A DNA stretch of 64,000 nt from the human T2T-CHM13v2.0 reference genome, Homo sapiens: the NCBI RefSeq assembly GCF_009914755.1, contig NC_060929.1; one strand, given 5' to 3'. Under the pieces are notes generated by a model that was not told where the DNA came from, searched no databases, and worked only from the letters and a program-made list of their open reading frames with translations. The position numbers were made by a program, and so were the translations under genes. Shown in pieces: positions 48,290 to 64,000 of this stretch. Position 1 is the first letter of the stretch. Every line of letters begins with the position of its first letter.

Positions 48290-49589
48290 TGTATTCATTT
48301 GCTTTGAGATGTGAAATCAGGGGAGAGGGTATCTTCAGTAAGATGAGTTTGAAATACTTAAAGGAATGAACCAAAATGAAGGTCAAAATAAAAAAATTAA
48401 GAAAAAAATATCAAAGATGTGAAAAAGCTGAATGACAGTATATTTTTATGTAAAAGATTTTCTAGACAGAATATTTGAAATATTGAGGCCCCAAAGCTCC
48501 AATGGTTAAGCCCCCAAACACCAATGGTTAAGAACATAAATGCAATGAAAAGACAAAGGATTGTTGACTCATAGATTTACTAGGTACTTTACATATTACT
48601 TTACTTTTTACAGTCTTTGGGTAGTGTTAATTATGTGAGTATATTACCCTGTTCTCTTGTTTGTAAATCAAGGTTGCCAGTTCACAGGTGGAATTTGAGG
48701 CCATATTCCATTCTTTGAAGAAGCTCTCCAACATATCAGAATTCTACACATTTTACTCTCTTTTTGTTACTCTTACTTGGCATAAATACATGCATTCTGG
48801 AAAGAATCTTTAGTGTGCGTGTGTGTTTGTGTGTGTGTGTTGATTATACTTAAGCAGCATTTTTATATACCTTCATTTTAACAAGAAGAACACATATATG
48901 TGATAAAGGTAGCATAGGTGATGTTGGGAGGAACATGAGTAGACAGTATGAATTCCAGGATTCTTCAGATCAGAAGTATTTAAGGGTGTGATATAGGTGT
49001 AACCCTGTTTATGTTCTACAGAATAGGGGAATTTGTTTTCAGCTTGGACTAAATGAGCAGTTCCTCGCTTGATTACCTGCCACAGGAGTTCAAGGGTTCA
49101 AACTTTTAGAATGGTGGTTTATAGCACCTGGAAGGGGGGAGGCATGGGGAATGGAGGGGATGCAGCCTCAAAGGCAGGTAGTCAGAACAAAGCACTCTAC
49201 CAAGAATAAGGAAAGTGCAGGATTGTGTGAATAGAACTCTTTTCCCCAGTCCACTCCCGGGAAAATACAGCATATGAGCTGAAGCAATTCTTTCATTGGG
49301 AGACAGTCAATGCTTTGAATAAACCTTGGGAAAGTGCATAATCAGTAACAAATTTTCTATCAAAAAAACCCCTGCAACACAGTGAAGGGGCAATCTAAAT
49401 ATTGAGGCCAGGTTGTATGAGACAGGAATTACATAAGACACATAAAAGAGAGGATAAGAAAGCACTGAAAGAAGCTGTATCCAGAATAAAAGCTCTGATA
49501 ATTTACTGTACTTGGGGCCCAGTTCTAAGCTGTAATTCTTACTCTGGCACATGTGTTACAATATTTCACCTACTGGGAGTGCAGCTGCT

Positions 49590-49835
49590 TTCCCTAATCC
49601 AGAGGCAGTACAAGAGACAGAATAAGAGTTCAAGCTGTGCACAGTCCCTAATGCTCACTCCTCCACCTATTACCCATGATGCTGGGCAAATTTCCTATAT
49701 TCCCTGGACCTCAGTTTATTCAATAGTAAAATGCAAACATTAAAGTACTTCCCTTGTGCATTTTTATAAGTACTAAATGAGATGATTCATGCCAGGAATT
49801 AGGAGAGTGCTCAATCAGTGTTAGCTATTAGTAAG
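49590..49835 (+). mobile_element. MIR element
   Basis: AGAGGCAGTACAAG...TGGGCAAATTTCCTATATTCCCTGGACCTCAGTTTATTCAATAGTAAAATG...GTGCTCAATCAGTGTTAGCTATTA. Confidence 0.75.
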
Positions 49836-50707
49836 ATGGTGATTTCCTCTGAGAGAATGAGAGGCAAAAGGATTTCGATTATTGAAAATGTAACTGGGCC
49901 CTGGTGAGCCAGGTGATGGCTCATCATGAAGATGTATCACTATATGAACAGACAAAAGGATGCAGGCAACTAACAGTACTTGGATTGGAATGAGAAAATT
50001 GACAATTTTGAGAGTTTCAAGAAGTATTGAGATTATTCCAACTTCTAAATTTCAGGCTCCGTTGGAATTTACCACTTTTCTTATAGATATAAATACAGGT
50101 TGATATATAGATATAGGGATATCTATTTTGGTTTTGGTTCCTGGAGTGTAAGCTCTCTAAGGCAAGGTCTTTGTCTGACTCTTCGTTCTATCCTCGCCTG
50201 TGCTTGGTGAAATACAGTGCCAAGATAGAAATACATTTTCGGTTGTGATAACATTTTGTAAACGGCTCTTGTTTTCTGGAGTTGCTTATTGTGGAATGCT
50301 AGACTTTGATGACAGAATTTACACAGTGATCTACATTGCTCTCTGTAACTGTGATTACACATTTTTTTTAAAACCCCATGGCATTTTGAGATGACTAAAA
50401 GTTTGATTAAGTATGACTGAATTACACCATGTAATATAAAGTACATTCATTTTACCAGGAAGTTAATGGAAGCTTAAATTGCTATAAAACCTTAAAACAT
50501 GATTGCATATGATAATAAACTCATTTGCCTTCTAATTAAAGATCAGTGAAAAGCCCTCATTTGGATATGATATAGAAAAATTTCTATTCAGATTTATCCT
50601 AGAATCCACTTCTTGTGTTCTACAAGTTCTTTAGAACGTATTTCTCTACTACTTATTTCTCTCATTGTTTCTGTTTTTCAGCCATGATAAAATCCAGTGG
50701 CTTAAGA

Positions 50708-52488
<1,781 letters not shown>

Positions 52489-52584
52489 TTTTTTTTTTGA
52501 AATCTGTTGGTTAGAATGCTTCCTTCAGTGTTTCTATCAGGTCCCTCCTTAGTATCCTATACATATAATATAGAATTACATATA

Positions 52585-55737
<3,153 letters not shown>

Positions 55738-55806
55738 TTCACTGGTCTAAATGCTTCCTTCAGTGCACCCATGAGGTCCCTCCATAGTATAAAATACACA
55801 CGTATT

Positions 55807-56269
<463 letters not shown>

Positions 56270-56879
56270 TAAGATAATTTATATACAATTTTATAAAATA
56301 TTAAATATATTACATAAAATAGTATTGTATACTAATATATATGAAATAGTAGTATATACATGTAATATATAATATTTGGCAGTATTTAAATGCTATGGGA
56401 TAAAGACAATAAGGAGAAAATGGCTAAAAGATAGATATACATGTATATGTACATAAATTTCAATATGTTAGCATATACATATTAATATGTTTGATGTTAT
56501 TACTGTGTACTAGTATCTATCTATATTTAGCTTGTTAATAAATATGCTTGCTCAAGACTAGATTAGAGCCTTTGTTAATTATGTTGCTAAGGCGCTCTTG
56601 CTTTCCTCTGATACCCATCACCAGGCCGAGCTTCAGTTTATTTCCAATCACTGTCTCTAATTATCTGGGAGATGTACTGTGGCTCGTTGCCTCTCATTCT
56701 GCTTTGAGAGGTTCTGTCTTCACCAGCTGCCAGGGTTTTCTGTCCCTGGGTCTCTGCCACACTGAGGTATAGGGGAAGCTTGTTCCACTCCCCACTTTTT
56801 TTTTTTTTCTTTGCTGGAAGAATCATCTCTGAAGGTTTTTCCCTGACAATACACTCTCCTTGAACTGAATATGTCTAAA

Positions 56880-57053
56880 CACAGTTGGTTTCACGGACAT
56901 TTGATCTGTGCAGTTGCACAGGGTCCATTCTCAGAAGAGCCTGGTACTTACTTGACTTAATTCTCTGCTGTTTTGATATTCTGGATAATTTTTGAACAAG
57001 AAGCCCTACATTTTTATTTTTCACAGGTTCCTGCCAATTATAGAGGCAGTCCT
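56880..57053. mobile_element. MER45A-like hAT fossil
   Basis: CTGTGCAGTTGCACAGGGTCC...TAATTTTTGAACAAGAAGCCCTACATTTTTATTTT...CCAATTATAGAGGCAGTCCT. Confidence 0.7.
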
Positions 57054-57462
57054 ATTTCAAAATGCCATTAAGCATCCTTCTGAGCTGCGGAAAGTCATAG
57101 GACCAGTCTTCAGCCGTGCCCATTACAGTAGCAGTGACAGCACACCACTTTGCTCATGATACGGATCAGTAAGTGTTTAAGTGAACTCCGCTCTATCTGC
57201 AGATGTTAAGCACTCACTCCACACCCCCTCCCACACTGAGGCCCATGCAATGAAGAGTAAGGGACCTTCTCATAGCCTATGTGATGAATATTGAAAACTC
57301 TAAGACTGAATCTTTACTTCATGCAAATAAGTTCTTGAAGGAATCCTCTTAAAGTCTGTCATCATGTTATTAGAGACACAAATTCTCTTCAACTCTAAGG
57401 TAGCAGCCAGTAGCATGTTGCATAGCTGAGTAGCTTTAACAGAAGGAAGGAAACGTAGCACT

Positions 57463-57869
57463 GCATTAGTTTCCCAGGGCTGCCGTAACACATCAGCACA
57501 CACGAGGTAGCTTAAAACAACAGAAATTACTTTCCTCACAATTCTGGAGACCAGAAGTCTGAAATTAAGGTATCAGCAGAGCTTTACTCCCCAGAGGCTC
57601 TGGGGATGAATGTGATCCTTTCCTTTTCCAGCTTCTGGTGGCTGCAGCTGTCCCTTGGCTTGTGGCTGTGTCTCTCCTTGATCCATCTTCATGTCACCTA
57701 CTCCTCTTATGTGTATCTCTCCTCTGTGTGTCTGTCCCCAAACTCAGACCCTTTCCTAAAACGATACAGGTGGTTGCATTGAGAGCCCAGAACATGTGAT
57801 TGCACTTAGAGCCCAGACAGATGATACTGGATGCGCATCTTTTTGGGTGCCACCATTCAGCCCACTACA
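57463..57869 (-). mobile_element. MLT1B/C-like MaLR LTR
   Basis: TGCATTAGTTTCCCAGGGCTGCCGTAACA...GCTTAAAACAACAGAAAT...TTCTGGAGACCAGAAGTCTGAAAT...CCATTCAGCCCACTACA. Confidence 0.85.
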
Positions 57870-57911
57870 AGCACCTATGTTGATAGGAGTGTTTAAGATA
57901 TTCAAGCAGGA

Positions 57912-58220
57912 GGCCAGGTGCGGTGGCTCACACCTGCAATCCCAGCACTTTGGGAGGCCAAGGCAGGCAGATCACCTGAGTTCGGGAGTTTGAGACCAGC
58001 CTGACCAACATGGAGAAACCATGTTTCTCTAGTAAAAATACAAAAATTAGCTGGGTGTGGTGGTGCGCGCATGTAATCCCAGCTACTCAGGAGGCTGAGG
58101 CAGGAGAATTGCTTGAACTTGAGAGGCGGAGGTTGTGATGAGCTGAGATTGCACCATCACACTCCAGCCTGGGTGACAGAGTGAGACTCTGTCTCAAAAA
58201 AAAAAAAAAAAAAAAAAAAA
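57912..58220 (+). mobile_element. AluSp-like element
   Basis: TCGGGAG and ATGGAGAAACC diagnostics; TSD ATTC(A/C)AGCAGG. Confidence 0.93.
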
Positions 58221-59340
58221 TTCCAGCAGGCAACATGACAACATTTGGGAAGGTGTTCAGTGCACATGCAAGGCACCTTCATTTTTAAACTAGGTGTTCC
58301 TTAAAGCACAAAACCCAAAGCTGTCACCTTCTCAAAGCTGATTCAGAGATCCATGTTTTCCATGTTGTCAGGAGTGGAAGGCTTTTGTGGTATATTCCTT
58401 TCTCTGTGATTTTTATAGTGAACCTTAAAGATGTCTGCCCTAAATGTTCTACATTATTCTAGCTTGTTCACTGGTTCAAAGGCTGTAGTATAAATTTTGC
58501 ACAAATGATTCATCTCAATTCTCTTGACCCTTGGAAAGTGCTCAATACACAGTCAGCTCTGGTTAAATTTCATATTTAATAGATGAGTCTATATGCTGTC
58601 ATTTTCATCAATACTTTTGTGTAAGAAACTAGGAAACATGAAAAAGTCACTTAGTTTCTCTAGTCCCATTGAAGGGTGATGGGATTAGGTTGATTTTTGG
58701 TTCAATTCCTTTGAATTGAGAATTCTGTATTTTGTAAAGTAGCACGTAAGCACTATGAGGGTAGAAATTAAAAAGAAACTTTTTATTATGGAAAATTTAA
58801 ACATATGCTAGATAATGTGTTCCTATGCACTCATTACCCAGATTTAACATTTAATAATTCAATTCAAAGTTAACATCATCTAACCCCTCTTGTCATATTA
58901 TTAAACATATAATAAGCAGTTTGTTGACAATTTAATCTCCAGTTTAAAAACATATACTGTGCAAAGAATTCTGCTTTTTTCAAGATCTTCACAACCAAAG
59001 CCTGTGATGCAACTTTTAGATGCATAAATGCTACAGAGTTTTGGGGAAATAAAACAACTTCAAAGTTGGTGCCAGACCTATGGTATGAGGAATACATTTT
59101 TTATTCCTCTTTCCATTGTGTTTCTTTAATTTTGGAAATTCTATGAGTTGAAAATGAAGGGAGAAAATGGGAGGTGTATTCATTAGCATAGAGATGGTTG
59201 TAAGAGGCAAGAATGGATGAGGTTGTCAGGAGAACCAGGAAAAGGGGAAAAGTAAGAGGCTGAGAGAGTGACCCTGATAATTGATGACCATTCAGCCAGC
59301 TAGAAAAAGATGAGTTCACTAGGAGACTTAGAAGTATGTT

Positions 59341-59655
<315 letters not shown>

Positions 59656-60181
59656 CTAGAATAGCTTGGGAACCTGATCCAGAAGCCACAGGAAAAGGAT
59701 TTTTTTTTTTTTTTAAAGGAAATGAGTGGTGAACATTGTCAAATCCTGCATTTGACATATGAGAGGAGTGTCAGTGGCGTGATGAAGGCAGAAGCCAGAC
59801 TTGAGAAGTCAACAGAAGTTGACCAAGAGGAGACAGGCCGGACTGACAACTCTCAGAAGGAGCCCAGTTCTTAGGTGGGAGGAGAATAGCCAATAGCTAG
59901 TGGGTAGATGAGGAGAGTGAAGTTAATTATTTTCAAGGCAGGAGACATTGACAGTATTTATCTGCTTCTGGGGTAAAAGTAGTAGAGAGGAAAGACAGAA
60001 ATAAATAAATAAGGGATATTTTCAGAGAGGCTACTGTGGGACTTAGACCACAGGTAGAGAATAATTTATAGGTGGGGGAGGAATCATCATTGTGATGAAA
60101 GAGAAGGGAGAAATCTGAAAAATCTGATCTGGATACAGATGTAGACACGTTTAAGGGTAGGAACCGATGTGTTTCCATCTG

Positions 60182-60192
60182 ATATATATATG

Positions 60193-60231
<39 letters not shown>

Positions 60232-60358
60232 CACACACACATATATAGGTGTGTATATATCTAATAGGCATATAGATATACATACCTATATATAAAAATT
60301 ATATATAAGTATAATATATAATAGATACAAGTACTATATATTATACATATATATATAA
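60182..60358. repeat. (TA)n/(CA)n low-complexity tract
   Basis: Directly visible. Confidence 0.92.
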
Positions 60359-60587
60359 TTTTTTGAGGGAGGTGACAATGTGGTCTGCTGAGAAGCCAGA
60401 GACTATTGCTATAATCTCAGTGAACACTAAATACTTATGGAATAAATGCTAATAAGCAATGTTAAAAAAACAGATATATTCTTAACAATTTGTTGGTAAT
60501 TACCTTTTTCTCCCTTTTTTTTCTTTTTAGCTTGCATTTTTTTCCCTTTTTAATAACACTCAGTGATGGTACCTAAACAGAAATTAT

Positions 60588-60661
60588 AAAATAAAATAAT
60601 CATTTATTTTTATGGAGAAAAAATAAAATAATTATTTATTTTTATGGAGAAAAAATAAAAT
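60588..60661. repeat. 32-bp tandem duplication
   Basis: AAAATAAAATAAT(C/T)ATTTATTTTTATGGAGAA twice plus a partial third copy. Confidence 0.92.
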
Positions 60662-62357
60662 CAACCAACTAACTGAAGTGTTAAATCTAAATTGGTCTTA
60701 CTATATTCCAGAGAGTTTTAGTGGTAATACAATCCTTACACAACACACACATGCTCACACGCACACACACACACTCCAGAAATCAAATCATCCAATGTAA
60801 ATGCACCCTACAGTCAACCTGAAAGCCTTTAGGAATAAATACGTGTTTCTTACCATGCTCTGTGATTGCTACCCCCTTGGATCTTCACGCCCAATGCTAA
60901 ACACAAGTGAAGCATATACATCTCTAAGACCCAGAGTTTGTCAGCTGATTCTTATTATTCAAGGATGGGAGGAGAGCTGTTAGAGGAACAAGGCAGGGGA
61001 AAGCTGGCACAGCATTGTTAGAAATCTCAGTACAGTGGTTCAGAGGAGGCAGCTTGCTTCGATAGGGAAAGGTTAGGGGATGGAGGGGCATAGTTGGGTT
61101 TGAATTTTCTTTTTCCACTCCTAAGGAAATGCCAGTTCCTATAGAGCACACCGCTCTTTCTTTTCTGCTCCCTTGCCCCTTATTTTCTTCTTCTTTTATT
61201 TTCTTCTGTCTTGATCTTTCCATACCCCGAAGTTAAAGGATGGGGGTGCCCACTAGAGAGCAGAGTCGATTCAGATCTGGTAGAATGAAGAATTGGAATG
61301 AATCTTCCCAGTCCATGTAGCTTCTATGTTCTACCATGAAGGGAACTCATCTTTCCCAGCTCCCTTTTATATTGTTCAGCTAAAAAAGGAAGCATCAAAA
61401 TAATTTGTAAGCACTGTGTTGGTTTTTGTAAACTTCAGATTCATTTTAGAGTCATCAGAGAGCTAACTTCTGCTTATACCTATTTGATACCCAACAAGAA
61501 ATTTTGCGACAATAAAATGAAACACTTATGGTCTCTGAATATCATAAACAGTTTCAGTTATGTGTTTAAATTCAGTATCTGTGTAATAATTAAAGAAATT
61601 ACAACAGGATAAACCAAGTAGGAAATAAGTGCCTGGAACTATGCTTGGTAGATTTAGGGCATCTAAGGCATTGACCGGTTTTCTGAAAGACCATGACAGT
61701 TAAGAAATTCCCCTGCCAGGGATAAAATTAAAAAAAAAAAAAAACTTTAAAATATCAGATCTTTCATGTCTAGGCAGGAAGAGTTTAAATTTTGTACATA
61801 TTCATGCCATTTCCTCCATGATACATAGCATGTAGAAAAATGTTCAATAGATATTTGTTGAAAATATTTTTTGAGTATGTATTCAAAAAAGAGGATACAT
61901 CTAAAAAGAGCCTGTCAAGGATCTGAAAAACAGCCACCTAATTGGTATGTTTCTTTCTTATTTTTAATTTGAAAACCAGAGCCACATCATTATTTTGGGG
62001 GAGTAACAGTTTTACAACTTTCCTCTGCCAGCACCTTTATAGATGTATCCAGAAAGGCTCTGATTGTCATGAATGCTTTTGCAAACATTCTGCAAAATAA
62101 TAACGGCAGTTCTGACATAATTTTTTTTTTTAAATTTAATTGGGCATAGAATAGAAATGGAAGAAATGCTTTAAAAACATTACAAGGGATTTCAGAGCAA
62201 GAATAATGCTCTGAAATAAGCATAATGGGATGAAGAATGATGACACTGTTTAGTGGAAAAAATTTTAAGTGCTTTTATCCTTTTAAAAAGCAATTCAAAA
62301 ATTATCCTGACACTGATGCTTAGAAAGTGTCTGTAATTTTTCTCTGAGGCACTATAA

Positions 62358-62760
<403 letters not shown>

Positions 62761-64000
62761 TAAAATATTTTGGAATAATGCAGCATATATCTTGTTATTT
62801 ATAAACGTTATTTATGTGCTATATTTTGTATATTAAATACTAGAAATTTAATTCTTGCTTTTTAGATAAAAATAAGTATAAATGGACATTAATTTTTTTC
62901 TTTATGCCTCAACTATCTTGCATATTTCTTGGGGTATATAGCCTTTTCATCCCCACTTCATTTTAGAAATCATAAATGTAGGCCTTTCTCTAGCCTGTAG
63001 GTAAAGAACTACATAGTCTTTAAGAGACAAATGGGGGATATAAAAAGCTTAGATACATTCAGTCTCTCCTTAGAGTATAATGAGAGATAACTGTACACAG
63101 TAGTTGATTTTTATTAATAGATTATGTATCTCTGTTTTATTTCAGGGGTTAATTTTCAAGTTTTGGATGGTTCTCCCTCTTTGAGTTACCATTTGTTTCT
63201 GCTTATAACCTACTGATCATGCCTTTAGTACTAAGTAAATATTGAAAAGGGAAAGCCTTAGGTGGCTTGCGAAGGCTCTGATGTAAATATGTGTTGCTGA
63301 GACGGGGAAGTGAAGGTGTTGGATTATGCATGACTTTCACATATGTTCTTATACCACATTCATGCCCCCTCAGGTGAGTTAAGTAAAACTGGTTACTTAG
63401 TATCAAGGTATAATAAGGTCTCAGAACTTTGAGTCACTCTTTTCATTGACTGTCATAGATTCCATTTTAAGCTCTGTTTATTGAAGACTATCACTATGTT
63501 ATTCTCATTGTTAATCTTATTCCTGAGGCACCAGTAATCCAAGTGATTAGATTATCCTTAATGTTACAGCAAGGAAAAATTTTCAACAATGTTAATATTA
63601 AATGAACTTGCATTAAATATCATTGTCACATGAATTCTAGGTCTTGCTATCATGTTCTGCATTCAATTAAATAACAGAAGGCAAGTCAAAGAAGCCCATA
63701 TCAAACATGGACCAATTTTTACATTGAAGTATTAAAATCTATTTTCTTTAATACTTAGTATGATGTTAATTAGAGGCCAATATAATAAAATGTAAATTTA
63801 TTTTTATTTTCTCAAAAAATAAAGAAAACCCATCAAAGGAATGCTTCAACTACTTGATTCAAGTACAGACTAATATCTTCATATGCAGTGAAGTGCTGCC
63901 AAGTTCTCAGATTCTTTTAGGACCTTTGATTTTGTACCAGCAAAATCAGAATTAGGAAAGAAATGTTGAGAAGGCAAATTGCTTAGAATTTGAGTAATTC

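Noticed and set aside
50200-50394. Peptide-like ORF VAYCGMLDFDDRIYTVIY
   Set aside because: No recognisable family and unconvincing splice sites.

Overview
This is AT-rich, repeat-dense primate genomic DNA, either intronic or intergenic. AluJ/S/Y, L1PA, THE1A, MSTA and LTR1 elements indicate a catarrhine, plausibly human; the locus and species could not be fixed. No confidently recognisable protein-coding gene, rRNA, tRNA or CRISPR array is present, and most ORFs in the supplied track are Alu, L1, LTR or microsatellite artefacts. Solid features are about 23 Alu/FLAM copies, a full-length decayed antisense L1PA8-like element (37410-43867) inserted into an Alu linker, two sense L1 fragments, several solo LTRs (three with visible TSDs), MER47A/MER5/MER45/MADE fossils, L2/MIR remnants and microsatellites. 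The best second-look items are: (i) a very decayed intronless cyclin-Y-like (CCNY/CCNYL1) retrocopy on the minus strand at about 8.85-9.67 kb; (ii) a speculative plus-strand small-exon transcript, one exon of which lies antisense inside that retrocopy, ending in a well-formed 30-nt exon, 91-nt intron and terminal exon with AATAAA at 20.7-21.1 kb; (iii) a possible LTR1-driven transcript splicing into an ATG-bearing exon at 25456-25688; (iv) structural oddities, namely a ~66-bp duplication flanking an L1, a triplicated Alu tail, and a solo Hsmar1 TIR inside an Alu. Repeat subfamily calls and protein comparisons are from remembered consensus sequences, not from database searches.
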